Source of the DNA: a virus
Length of the DNA stretch: 64,000 bases
Reading direction: 5' to 3' (one strand)
Virus record (IMG/VR): IMGVR_UViG_3300021085_000009
Span: 72,815 to 136,814 of that record
The notes under the pieces were generated by a model that worked only from the letters and a program-made list of their open reading frames with translations, was not told where the DNA came from and searched no databases. How positions within the stretch are numbered: position 1 is the first letter of the stretch; each line of letters opens with the position of its first letter. Position numbers and translations under genes: made by a program. Positions 46,920 through 55,483 of this stretch are shown here, in pieces.

Positions 46920-47168
46920 TTAATTGCTGTAAGCGACTTTAACTACTTTAAATCCTGCACCACCTTCTAAAGTATTATCAGGTGCTTTGGATAATACAAT
47001 TTCTGTATTAGCTAACATCTGTATAGTACCTACGGTAGCTCCACCAGCTGACTTCTGTGTTACAGTTCCAGCTGCAGTTGCTAATACTCTAACAACTGTT
47101 GCAGAACCTACTGTGGTAGCTGATGTAAGATCTGTTTGTGATCCTAAAAGTTTAATTATGCTTGCCAT
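46920..47168 (-). CDS. Small conserved hypothetical (probably virion) protein
   Basis: AGGAG RBS; ATTVGSATVVRV...VKVAYSN. Confidence 0.65.
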   Translation of the reverse strand: MASIIKLLGSQTDLTSATTVGSATVVRVLATAAGTVTQKSAGGATVGTIQMLANTEIVLSKAPDNTLEGGAGFKVVKVAYSN

Positions 47169-47181
47169 TTCTTTTCTCCTA

Positions 47182-47373
47182 TTATGAACTGATTAAATTA
47201 AGTTCATTTATTGATTTATGCCAGTCTGAGTATCTAAAAAGACCTTGCTTTTCATGACACCAATACCAACCTTTACTTTCTTGTTCCTCTTGTGGAATAC
47301 TAGATTCGACCTTTAAAGGGCCTCCAGTCTTCCCATAAGTCTTTCTGCTCTGTTCGTTACTTGCTTGTACCAT
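47182..47373 (-). CDS. Possible small hypothetical protein (start uncertain)
   Basis: Fills the gap with GWYWCHEKQGLFRYSDW; overlaps the lysozyme end. Confidence 0.35.
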   Translation of the reverse strand: MVQASNEQSRKTYGKTGGPLKVESSIPQEEQESKGWYWCHEKQGLFRYSDWHKSINELNLISS

Positions 47374-47783
47374 CTTGAATCTCTCCCTTCAACAGCCGCT
47401 ACCGGCCAATCACCACATTGCAGCGCTGCGTTGTGTTTTTTAAATTTACTTAAGCGCGTAAGTCCCATGTTGAACATCATGTTCGCAATGACTTGTTTCA
47501 CTTCTTGTGGATATCCATCCCACCCGTCGTGTAATTTTTTACAATCCTCGATTACTGTTTCTACATCCTTGGCAAAACATTCAATGACTCTATCCTCTGC
47601 CACTGCAGTACCGACCTCCAACCCATGTTCTGGGTCTCCTTCAAGTACCAAGTGTCCAATGCCAAATGTAGCATAACCGAGGTGATCATGATAAATTTCA
47701 TTTACTTGTCCCTCGTCTATAATTAATTGTTCTCTTAACTGATCTACATCAATCACCGTTTTTTCTTCTTTATTCCAAAACAT
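47313..47783 (-). CDS. Phage lysozyme / endolysin (GH24, T4 e-like)
   Basis: L..DEG....IY.DHLGY.TFGIGHL; NMMFNMG...L.KF; DSRWYKQV.NRA.RL. Confidence 0.92.
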   Translation of the reverse strand: MFWNKEEKTVIDVDQLREQLIIDEGQVNEIYHDHLGYATFGIGHLVLEGDPEHGLEVGTAVAEDRVIECFAKDVETVIEDCKKLHDGWDGYPQEVKQVIANMMFNMGLTRLSKFKKHNAALQCGDWPVAAVEGRDSRWYKQVTNRAERLMGRLEAL

Positions 47784-47784
47784 T

Positions 47785-48147
47785 TTATTCTCCTGTTACT
47801 AATTCCAAATGCTTTGTTTGGAATTCATCTGAGCTTTTTAATCCAGCCCACCATTTAACAAATAGCGCTTGGTATGCTAATTCGTTTTCAGCATTATGAG
47901 GATGGGTACCTACAAGCACATCTGTCTGTTCGTCATCTGGTATAGTAAACACCATTGACTTTGTAGTAAGAATAGTATCATCAACATAACCGTGATATGT
48001 ATGAGATATAAGATCTCCGTCATCATTTGTGTATGTGCCATTTATTACACTCGTATCAGAATGTTTTTCTAGTGTAACATTAATTGATTTTGTTACATCA
48101 GATTCATCTCTTACAACGTCTGTTTTTATATGTACGTGTATAGTCAT
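47785..48147 (-). CDS. Hypothetical acidic protein, paralog of 48160-48477
   Basis: Shares (F/Y)(T/S)IP.D..T...PH..ENE.A(Y/F)QA....W. Confidence 0.7.
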   Translation of the reverse strand: MTIHVHIKTDVVRDESDVTKSINVTLEKHSDTSVINGTYTNDDGDLISHTYHGYVDDTILTTKSMVFTIPDDEQTDVLVGTHPHNAENELAYQALFVKWWAGLKSSDEFQTKHLELVTGE

Positions 48148-48159
48148 ATTATTTTCCTT

Positions 48160-48477
48160 TTAAATATATTCCAATTCAGCAGATACACACCAAGTTTGGT
48201 ATGCAGCTTGAAATGCCATTTCATTTTCATGAACATGTGGCTCTTCATGTGTTGCTGTCGTTCTTTGATCTTCAGGTATACTATAAACTTTTGTATATGT
48301 ATCGATTAGATCGCTTTCATTAGCTACTGATACCTCAAACTCTTCGGTATTTCCATCACTATCTACGACATGGCTTTGAACCTCTATAGTACTTGTGGAA
48401 TATTTTTTAAAATTCCACGTAATAGAAGTACTTTCGCCTGCTTCATTTCTTTCAACTGTATATGTAGATGTTATCAT
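48160..48477 (-). CDS. Hypothetical acidic protein, paralog of 47785-48147
   Basis: AGGAG RBS; shared motif as above. Confidence 0.7.
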   Translation of the reverse strand: MITSTYTVERNEAGESTSITWNFKKYSTSTIEVQSHVVDSDGNTEEFEVSVANESDLIDTYTKVYSIPEDQRTTATHEEPHVHENEMAFQAAYQTWCVSAELEYI

Positions 48478-48489
48478 TTTAAATTCTCC

Positions 48490-49269
48490 TTAGAAACAAG
48501 CGGTGGATGTAGCGACACCACGTGCATATAGTAAATAACTGCCTAAAACGCCATCAGCATATCCAGACTTTCTCGCTCTTGCAGTAATAAAGGTATAAGC
48601 ATTTATAGTATTGCTGTTGTAACATTCAGCATTTGCATTTGCTTTAAATTGAAATCCTACTGATTGGTTATTACTTACATTCTGATACGTGTTATCCGCG
48701 GCAGCGTAAGTTGCTCCTGTTGGTGTACTAGTTCCACTAGCAGCGGCCGATCCAAAAGTACCAGTTGTAGTAGGAGTAGTCCAATCTAATGCAATAGAAG
48801 TAACGCCTGTTACATTAAATCTTCCCATCGTTACGTAAGTTGTACTTAAAGTTGTACCACTTCCAGATGTATTATAATAAGTTGAAGAGTTAACAGATGC
48901 TTGTTCTTTTATTTCTAAGTAAACATAAGGATCTGCTCTTCTCAATCTTACAAAAAATCCACCACCAGCGTTAAATACAATAGAGCCAGAAATCGACCTA
49001 GTTGAATAAGCAGCATATTGCGTGGTACCACTAGAGGCTTGTCGCATATAGTTAGTAGTAGTCATTGTAGACAATGAAGATGCTCCATAGAAATCAGCAA
49101 AATCTATCTCTGTACCTAGTGTACTATTAATAGTTCTACCAGCTGCAGCCGTTAAATTTCTAATATCAGTATCATTTAACGAAGAGATTGATGTGGCCGC
49201 ATAACCAGACCCTGCAGCCTCCACGTGAATATCTGCTAATGATATTGGTCCTGATGTTTGTAATGCCAT
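48490..49269 (-). CDS. Virion/adhesin-like protein
   Basis: MALQTSGPISLADI...EIDFADFYGAS N-terminal module; S/T/Y-rich beta region. Confidence 0.65.
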   Translation of the reverse strand: MALQTSGPISLADIHVEAAGSGYAATSISSLNDTDIRNLTAAAGRTINSTLGTEIDFADFYGASSLSTMTTTNYMRQASSGTTQYAAYSTRSISGSIVFNAGGGFFVRLRRADPYVYLEIKEQASVNSSTYYNTSGSGTTLSTTYVTMGRFNVTGVTSIALDWTTPTTTGTFGSAAASGTSTPTGATYAAADNTYQNVSNNQSVGFQFKANANAECYNSNTINAYTFITARARKSGYADGVLGSYLLYARGVATSTACF

Positions 49270-49279
49270 ATATTATCCC

Positions 49280-50008
49280 CTATTCACAAGCCGTTGCTGT
49301 TGCTGACGTTTCTGCACTATAATCGTGCTCTGCAACTAAAGTATCTTGAAAACCACTACCTCTAAGGTAGATTTGAACATTTCCAGTTGCTTCTCTTATA
49401 GATGTATTAAAACATTCTGCAGATGCTTGAACATATAACGTAGCTGAATGCGAAAAGTTTGTTCCAGTAGTTGCTATCCAGCCAGTAGATCCATTTGATA
49501 AAAACCCGGTTGGCCCTGATGCAAGCAAAGAAGCAGTAAAGTTTATTTTAATATGACTAATTTGACTTATTGTATTCGTGCTATACGACATTAATTTCTC
49601 TGTGGTACTTAACGTGTAATTTACACCATTTTTACGGTATAGACTGTTTGAACTACTATAAGCTTCTTTTACATAGTAATATGATCCATATGCATTAGTA
49701 TTTACTCTAACGGTAAATCCAGCTTTAGGAGCAGCAGCATTTGGTGGAATACCGCTACCTGTGCTAAACTTATAACTATACAGACTAGTACCACTAGCAC
49801 TTGCAAACTGAACAAGACTTGATGTAGCAGCTGGGTATGGAACAGCGTGTGTATAACCACTAAACTCTTTCACACCATACTGCGCGCCGTCAGCAGGATC
49901 AGAACCAGCTGTAGCATTATTGGACAATGTTTCTAATGAATGACTATCAACACTAGTAACTTCAGTATTAATTGCTTTCATAGATATATTTGAACTTGGT
50001 ATTGGCAT
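49280..50008 (-). CDS. Virion/adhesin-like protein, paralog of 48490-49269
   Basis: MPIPSSNISM..IN.E...EF.GY start; shared AECxN...AT.TAC C-terminal region. Confidence 0.6.
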   Translation of the reverse strand: MPIPSSNISMKAINTEVTSVDSHSLETLSNNATAGSDPADGAQYGVKEFSGYTHAVPYPAATSSLVQFASASGTSLYSYKFSTGSGIPPNAAAPKAGFTVRVNTNAYGSYYYVKEAYSSSNSLYRKNGVNYTLSTTEKLMSYSTNTISQISHIKINFTASLLASGPTGFLSNGSTGWIATTGTNFSHSATLYVQASAECFNTSIREATGNVQIYLRGSGFQDTLVAEHDYSAETSATATACE

Positions 50009-50274
50009 TACTTAATAATCCCCGTAATTAAATCCTCGAATTGTTCTATTTTGTCAACTCTATTGGGCCATAGAATATATTCTTTTTCAGGATTTTTCTT
50101 TAAATTTGTTAACAAAGGCAATATAGCATTATATAATTTATTTAGTTTTTCTTCGGTTTCTTGTAAACTAGCTGATGTATCAGAAGCCGCTGTTGTAACC
50201 TTTTGTACTGCTTCTAATTCATTTTCATCAACAGCTGTAAAGCCAAAATCGAAATCTAAATTTATATCTGCCAT
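50008..50274 (-). CDS. Conserved T4-like hypothetical protein
   Basis: FDFGFTAVDE.EL...PLL.NLKKNPEKEYI.WPNR. Confidence 0.75.
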   Translation of the reverse strand: MADINLDFDFGFTAVDENELEAVQKVTTAASDTSASLQETEEKLNKLYNAILPLLTNLKKNPEKEYILWPNRVDKIEQFEDLITGIIK

Positions 50275-50276
50275 TT

Positions 50277-50417
50277 TTATACCTCGTAACTATTTATATG
50301 CTTATGCTTCTCTTTCCTAGGAATTTTCTTAGTTTTATCTTCCTGGATTTTGGTTAAAGCATGCAGTGGAACTATCTTCCTAACTTTTATATTTCTATTA
50401 TTAAACGTCAGTTTCAT
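50277..50417 (-). CDS. Small basic protein (46 aa, absent from ORF track)
   Basis: Hand-translated MKLTFNNRNIKVRKIVPLHALTKIQEDKTKKIPRKEKHKHINSYEV; fills the gap. Confidence 0.5.
   Translation of the reverse strand: MKLTFNNRNIKVRKIVPLHALTKIQEDKTKKIPRKEKHKHINSYEV
50291..50298 (-). promoter_or_regulatory. T4-type late promoter
   Basis: TATAAATA upstream of the ORF at 50274. Confidence 0.7.
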
Positions 50418-51825
50418 CGTTCTTTCTTGTCCAATCACTAATACCAAACCTTAAGCTTGGATTAATTGCTATTCTCATAAGTGTCATTAATTCTCTATTA
50501 ACTAACATTTCACTTGCTGAGTCTTCTACAGTTAAACCGATAAATGCATTATATGATCTACCATTAAATTTAACTGTAAGTTCTACCTTAGCTCTTTCAA
50601 TTTTATTATTAGGACCTCTAACACCTACTGATTTACCAAGGTATTTGTTAACGAATTTTTCACCATTCTTTTCCCAATAAACTTTACCATTCTTTATTTC
50701 TACTTTATCAACATGTAACATGGAAGCGTCTGTTCCATTACCTGTATCAAATTTAGCTCTAATCGGTAGTTTATAACCTTCAATATGAACTGTTTCTATA
50801 TATCCAGCTTCTTGTCTAAACCAAGTTTTTCTATTGTACGGTTCTAATATATGTTTAATCATTAAATCAATTGCTTTCTCAGCAGTTAAAGGTTTAGTAG
50901 GTTTATTAGTTTCTAAATCATAACCCATAAAGTGTGATTTAGCACCAGGCGAACCGTTTACTTCAACAACATATATTTCACCATTAACTACTGTATGATC
51001 AACTCCACAATAATATGCACCAGTTGCTCGAGCAGCATTTAGTATTATTTCTACTTCCTCTTCAGATAGTTTATATGGAATTGCTTCTGCACCCCTATGA
51101 ACATTTTTTCTAAAGTCTTTAGATTTTTTAGTTTGTTTTCTTTCAGCTGATGCCATAATATGACCATTTATTACAAGTGTTCTAATATCAGATTTCATTT
51201 CTAAATATTCTTGCAATAACAACTGTGCTTCAAACTTCCATAAAGATTGGCATACTGAGATTAACGAATCATATGATTCTACCTTAGATACGCCAATACC
51301 TTGTGTTCCTGTAAGTGTTTTTATGATTAATGGATATTTACCACCAACGCTTTTTACAGCTAAATCAATAGATTCTTCATTGTTTAAAATGGCTGTTTTA
51401 GGTATCTGCACATTATTTCTTTGTAGTGCAATACTTGTTGCCATTTTATTATTACATAATAACATAGATTCTAAATCATTTATTAAAAAGAATCCAGCTG
51501 TCTGTAATGATGATACTAATGCTTGCCCTACTAAGGTTCCTACAGCACCAGCCCTAACAAAGATGATAGTATTATCAATGTCTAAAGATACAAGTTTACC
51601 TTTACCATCAATATTATGTATCTCAACCTTCCTTAGTTCTACATCGCTATCCGCTAGGAATGCTTTGTTGGTGTGTATAAGTGTGCATTTAACATCGTTA
51701 AACTCACAAACATTAGAGATTATGTCAGCGGCAGTTCCTTCATCAGCATCTAGTGCCAATATAGCAACTTCCGTGACTCCTCGTTTTTCTATCTCTTCCG
51801 TGATGTAGCCATTAAAATTAATCAT
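50401..51825 (-). CDS. RimK-family ATP-grasp ligase fused to a RimB-like (retropepsin-fold) protease
   Basis: ATP-grasp: CNNK, IIK...GTQGIGV, QEYL...DIR.LV, FRKNVHRGA, GVD, EVNGSPG. C-terminal AKFDTGN...MLVNR. Confidence 0.85.
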   Translation of the reverse strand: MINFNGYITEEIEKRGVTEVAILALDADEGTAADIISNVCEFNDVKCTLIHTNKAFLADSDVELRKVEIHNIDGKGKLVSLDIDNTIIFVRAGAVGTLVGQALVSSLQTAGFFLINDLESMLLCNNKMATSIALQRNNVQIPKTAILNNEESIDLAVKSVGGKYPLIIKTLTGTQGIGVSKVESYDSLISVCQSLWKFEAQLLLQEYLEMKSDIRTLVINGHIMASAERKQTKKSKDFRKNVHRGAEAIPYKLSEEEVEIILNAARATGAYYCGVDHTVVNGEIYVVEVNGSPGAKSHFMGYDLETNKPTKPLTAEKAIDLMIKHILEPYNRKTWFRQEAGYIETVHIEGYKLPIRAKFDTGNGTDASMLHVDKVEIKNGKVYWEKNGEKFVNKYLGKSVGVRGPNNKIERAKVELTVKFNGRSYNAFIGLTVEDSASEMLVNRELMTLMRIAINPSLRFGISDWTRKNDETDV

Positions 51826-51830
51826 ACTAC

Positions 51831-51838
51831 TATTTATA
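51831..51838 (-). promoter_or_regulatory. T4-type late promoter for the RimK fusion
   Basis: TATAAATA 5 bp upstream of the ATG. Confidence 0.75.
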
Positions 51839-51845
51839 AGATTTC

Positions 51846-52103
51846 TTACTTAGTAGCTTCCATTAATGCCTCAATATCCTCAACTTCTGTAACAATTTCA
51901 GATATATTTTGCTTATGAAAAGCCTTTGACATCTTCCTTAGAATTTTCTTTGGGATTTCAACATCGTCTTCCAATGCCTCAATAGCTTCTTTTACAAAAG
52001 CCCTTTCACTTTCCATTCTAATATAAGAGTTACTAATCTCTTGCATTGCTTCTCTGATACGTTTTTTGTCTGCATCCGACGATGGTATAATAATACTGCT
52101 CAT
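51846..52103 (-). CDS. DsbA-like double-stranded DNA-binding protein
   Basis: D.K.IREA..E.SNS..R.E.ER...KE........IPKK.LRKM.K.FHKQN; start moved to MSSII (AAGGA RBS). Confidence 0.65.
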   Translation of the reverse strand: MSSIIIPSSDADKKRIREAMQEISNSYIRMESERAFVKEAIEALEDDVEIPKKILRKMSKAFHKQNISEIVTEVEDIEALMEATK

Positions 52104-52163
52104 TTCACTTTCCTTTTTAGTTAATAAATTATATATTCTAATATACATTTAAGTATATATTTT

Positions 52164-52240
52164 TGGCGCACCCTCCAGGATTCGAACCTGGGACCCACAG
52201 CTTAGAAGGCTGTTGCTCTATCCAGCTGAGCTAAGGGCGC
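52164..52240 (-). tRNA. tRNA-Arg (anticodon TCT) with encoded CCA
   Basis: GCGCCCTTAGCTCAGCTGGATAGAGCAACAGC-CTTCTAA-GCTGTGGGTCCCAGGTTCGAATCCTGGAGGGTGCGCCA forms a cloverleaf. Confidence 0.96.
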
Positions 52241-52377
52241 TGCACCTCTTTTTTATCCTGATCTTTCTTTTCGTCTTTCTTCTTTTTACCAAAGATAGAT
52301 TCCCAGTTATCAGAATATGCTTTACTTGGACCCTTACTTTTAATAGAGTCGCCTGTTATTTCGTTTTTCGTTGCCAT
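52231..52377 (-). CDS. Small conserved hypothetical protein (48 aa)
   Basis: MATKNEITGDSIKSKGPSKAYSDNWESIFGKK...; stop overlaps the tRNA 5' end. Confidence 0.6.
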   Translation of the reverse strand: MATKNEITGDSIKSKGPSKAYSDNWESIFGKKKKDEKKDQDKKEVQRP

Positions 52378-52396
52378 AAGTCTTATAAATAGTTAT

Positions 52397-52507
52397 ATGA
52401 TTAAATTATACTGGAAGAAATTTCACAGGATGATGAAATCTGGAAGGATGCACAAGGTAGTCAGAAAATTCTGCCCTATTACCAATGACGTATCACACCA
52501 GAAATAA
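52397..52507 (+). CDS. Small basic late-promoted peptide (36 aa)
   Basis: TATAAATA at 52384-52391 then MIKLYWKKFHRMMKSGRMHKVVRKFCPITNDVSHQK. Confidence 0.5.
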   Translation: MIKLYWKKFHRMMKSGRMHKVVRKFCPITNDVSHQK

Positions 52508-52643
52508 TAACTAAATTTGTTATAATATAAATTAAAATAATTATTGTCCTTGCAATCGCTACATGATCGTTTTGGCGATCATCATTTTTACTTGCCTTTC
52601 CACCCAGGGATTTAGCCCATATCTTCCACAGATACCTAAGCAC
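52479..52643 (-). CDS. Small membrane protein (54 aa)
   Basis: GTG start; LWKIWAKSLG.KAS...D.VAI.RT...ITN..I..GVIRHW, a pattern recalled from marine myophages. Confidence 0.65.
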   Translation of the reverse strand: MLRYLWKIWAKSLGGKASKNDDRQNDHVAIARTIIILIYIITNLVIISGVIRHW

Positions 52644-52818
52644 CGCGCCTTACCAACTCATTGCGTATTTTTTGTTTCTTCTTGTTAGGCGTATGCTGTC
52701 TATCTAACTCTTCTTTCAATTCTGCAATAGGTGTTGACTTCATATAGAAGTTTTCCGTTTTATTCTTTCCCGTTTTTTTATCTCTTACGGTTTGAGATTG
52801 TTTAAATTTTATTGGCAT
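52636..52818 (-). CDS. Hypothetical protein
   Basis: GGAG RBS; K.KQKIRNELVRRG. Confidence 0.65.
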   Translation of the reverse strand: MPIKFKQSQTVRDKKTGKNKTENFYMKSTPIAELKEELDRQHTPNKKKQKIRNELVRRGA

Positions 52819-53408
52819 TATACTTCTCCAGTTATATGCTTATATATGTCTTTCCACTTCCAATACCTTGGAATATCTCCTTCATAATAAGCGTTATGTT
52901 CATGAGCTACAAGAATTGAATTAAGACCAAATCCCTTTCCAACTTCTGCATTCTCTACTTTGTCTTCTACCCAAAAGCATTCTGTACCTTCATACTTTTT
53001 AAGCTCTTTATCTTTATCAGCACCACAAGGTAGATAAATGTAATCGTCGAATAACTCTTTACCAAAAAGTAATTCAAGATTTTGAGTTCTTAATCTTTGA
53101 GCGTATTTATTATCACTTAAAGATGTAATACAATGGAATCTATAACCATGTAACATATTAAGTCTTTTCATGTAATAAACAGCATCTCTTAAAGGTGGTA
53201 AAAAAGCAATTGCTGCTGATTCATTAAATTCTTGAACACACTTTTTACTAAACTCTGGTGTTAAATTAAATCTTTTAGCAACATTGTATTGTGTGTAATC
53301 ACTTGTTGGATAACCCTTATGGTTCATCCACTGCGTAAATGAGTATTCCCAATCACATAGTACTCCATCGCAATCTACTAAAATTATATTTTCTTTCATC
53401 GTTTTCAT
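52818..53408 (-). CDS. HAD-family phosphatase / 5'-nucleotidase (T4 30.2-like)
   Basis: ILVDCDGVL (DxD), ITSL, K, WVEDK..N. Confidence 0.85.
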   Translation of the reverse strand: MKTMKENIILVDCDGVLCDWEYSFTQWMNHKGYPTSDYTQYNVAKRFNLTPEFSKKCVQEFNESAAIAFLPPLRDAVYYMKRLNMLHGYRFHCITSLSDNKYAQRLRTQNLELLFGKELFDDYIYLPCGADKDKELKKYEGTECFWVEDKVENAEVGKGFGLNSILVAHEHNAYYEGDIPRYWKWKDIYKHITGEV

Positions 53409-53437
53409 CTTTCTTTATTTGTTTATTTAATATGTAT

Positions 53438-53466
53438 ATTATACCATTATTATACATATTTGTACA
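53438..53466 (-). promoter_or_regulatory. Early promoter TGTACA-17-TATAAT
   Basis: Repeat motif with upstream ATGCAGAAAACCC. Confidence 0.8.
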
Positions 53467-53478
53467 GGGTTTTCTGCA

Positions 53479-53925
53479 TTATTTCTCTTGTTTTTTGATT
53501 CTTTCGCGTAAGGACGTAGAAGAAAAAGAGTGATCTCTAGTGTTATAAACTATACGAATGTTTCTTTCTTCACATATATTTTTACCTGTAAAGTCTTTAT
53601 TAAGGTAATCAGATCCAATAATTCTTACATCGATTGGAAGTGATAGAAATATATCTTTTAACTCTTCTTCTGTATTATAGATAATTACATCGTCTACATA
53701 CCTAACTGCAGCAACTTGTAATTGACGTTCAACTATGGATTGAACAGGTTTGTTTTTTTCTGGTCTATCAAGTGTAGGATCACACTGTAATGCTACTACT
53801 AAATAATCGCATTCATTTTTAGCTTCAGCCAACATTGTAATGTGTCCTGCATGAAGTAAATCAAAGGCACCACATGTAATACCTACGTGGCCCTTTGATT
53901 CATAATTTTGTAACCACTTTAACAT
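53479..53925 (-). CDS. Cytidylyltransferase (TagD-like)
   Basis: GAFDLLHAGH (HxGH), ER, YVD.V, R.H.FSST.LR. Confidence 0.88.
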   Translation of the reverse strand: MLKWLQNYESKGHVGITCGAFDLLHAGHITMLAEAKNECDYLVVALQCDPTLDRPEKNKPVQSIVERQLQVAAVRYVDDVIIYNTEEELKDIFLSLPIDVRIIGSDYLNKDFTGKNICEERNIRIVYNTRDHSFSSTSLRERIKKQEK

Positions 53926-54134
53926 TATTTAAAATAGTTTTCCAAAACTTCGTATTTGTCGATGTATTCAGCCATTAAACCAAGCTCTTTTTCAAGTGTT
54001 TCCATTTGGTCTGAATGTTCACCAACTGATACTTGATTGCTTAAAATAATATCTGCATTCATCTTATGTTTTGCAGCCTGAGCTTGCATGTATTCCATCG
54101 ATGTTTTTACCATCTGATCTCTAAAGTTTTTCAT
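53925..54134 (-). CDS. Conserved hypothetical protein
   Basis: KH..N....L.N.V.VGEH.D..E..EKEL motif. Confidence 0.7.
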   Translation of the reverse strand: MKNFRDQMVKTSMEYMQAQAAKHKMNADIILSNQVSVGEHSDQMETLEKELGLMAEYIDKYEVLENYFK

Positions 54135-54135
54135 A

Positions 54136-54813
54136 TTATCTCCCGAAAATCTTACGTTTTTTGTATTCAGCAATTGTCTCTAATAACTTATTGCTCCAAT
54201 TATCGCGATGTTCAACAAAAACTTGTGCGCCTTCGTCTCCTGCGATTACAGTTACCAATTGAGTGATTGGCATTCCTGTTCTTTCTTCCCACATAATAGC
54301 ATATGCAGTTTCTTGAATAAAATAGTTTTCACACCATTCTTTTCGTTTATGTTTGGCTGCTGTTTTATAATCTATAATAGAATTTTTACCATCCCATACA
54401 CCAACACAATCGACCCTTCCAGCCAATCCTAAGTGTTTAGAATATAGTGCTGCTTCTTGTGCATAAACCAAGCTTAGCCTTTCATCTAAAATCTTTTTAA
54501 CTTCAAGAAAATTAGAAGTAACAATTGGATTTGCACCATCTAAATAATCTTTATCGTTATCTACGTATTTCTCTAGTACAGCATGTACTTTTGTGCCTCT
54601 TGTAGAAGCTCTTCGTGATATCCTATTGGCTTCTTCTTCACCAACACGAGCTCTCCAAGCACGAATATGATCTTCGCTTAATATTGAAAGTACTGTTGTA
54701 ACACTAGGATAGCGATTATTATCAGGATCGGCGTATTCTCGCCCAGAGCCAGTAGATTGTGCAGTAAGGTCTGTGTACCCAAGATCAATCGGTTCATGTT
54801 TAAAGTTTCCCAT
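54136..54813 (-). CDS. PD-(D/E)xK exonuclease
   Basis: YPSVTTVL, RGT.VH, AGRVDC...IIDYKT, YF.Q..AYA.MWEE.TG. Confidence 0.88.
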   Translation of the reverse strand: MGNFKHEPIDLGYTDLTAQSTGSGREYADPDNNRYPSVTTVLSILSEDHIRAWRARVGEEEANRISRRASTRGTKVHAVLEKYVDNDKDYLDGANPIVTSNFLEVKKILDERLSLVYAQEAALYSKHLGLAGRVDCVGVWDGKNSIIDYKTAAKHKRKEWCENYFIQETAYAIMWEERTGMPITQLVTVIAGDEGAQVFVEHRDNWSNKLLETIAEYKKRKIFGR

Positions 54814-55483
54814 TTTCATATAATTCCTTTGTCATAATAAAGTCTCTTACGAATCCACTTCGTACGATATCTTCCCATGAAAATTCGATATGATCAAAAT
54901 ATTTCATGTTTTGAATAATGTTAATAAATTCTTTAATTCCGTCTTTATCACCATTTCTTGTAAAATCGGATTGGTAATAATCACCTGACATTATAAATCG
55001 GCAGTCTTCACCTAACCTTGTGATTACTGAACATAGCTCATGGTAATTACAGTTTTGAGATTCATCAACTATTACAATTGCATTCTTAATAGTTAATCCT
55101 CTTATAAACGAAGTTGTAAGAAACTCTATATTTTTATTTTGGACCATTTTGGACCATCCATCGTTATCTTGAAATAAATCATTAACAATAGCTTTATAAG
55201 GTGCAGTGTATGCATCTTCTTTTTCTTCTTGTGTTCCTGGTAGAAATCCCATATCCCTTGTAGGAACTGCAGAACGAACAATAATAACCTTACTGTATTC
55301 TTTCTTTAAGACAGCTTCTAGTGCAAGATATAGTGATATAAAGGTTTTACCTGTACCTGCTGAACCATCTAAGCACATATGATTACCAGACGCAAATGAA
55401 TCAAATGCAAGTTTCTGGTTTTGTGTTAGTGGTTCTAATTTGGCTAAATGCTCAATTCTAAGTTTTGATGGCTTCTTATTCAT
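54800..55483 (-). CDS. phoH: PhoH-family ATPase
   Basis: PLTQNQ, GSAGTGKT, RSAV..R.MGFLPG, FIRG.T, DESQN, ITRLG, GD..QSD, IVRS. Confidence 0.93.
   Translation of the reverse strand: MNKKPSKLRIEHLAKLEPLTQNQKLAFDSFASGNHMCLDGSAGTGKTFISLYLALEAVLKKEYSKVIIVRSAVPTRDMGFLPGTQEEKEDAYTAPYKAIVNDLFQDNDGWSKMVQNKNIEFLTTSFIRGLTIKNAIVIVDESQNCNYHELCSVITRLGEDCRFIMSGDYYQSDFTRNGDKDGIKEFINIIQNMKYFDHIEFSWEDIVRSGFVRDFIMTKELYENGKL

Noticed and set aside
47300-47330. prfB-like +1 frameshift at the lysozyme stop (GGAGG-CC-CTT-TAA)
   Set aside because: That shifted frame stops after a few codons and does not reach the downstream ORF.
52164-52240. Amber-suppressor tRNA (CTA in the loop) implying stop-codon recoding
   Set aside because: The stem ACAGC/GCTGT encloses CTTCTAA, so the anticodon is TCT (Arg). 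Genes are uninterrupted in the standard code and several end in TAG.
54136-54813. Cas4 / CRISPR system
   Set aside because: No Fe-S cysteine set, no other cas genes and no repeat-spacer array seen; this is the common T4-like exonuclease.
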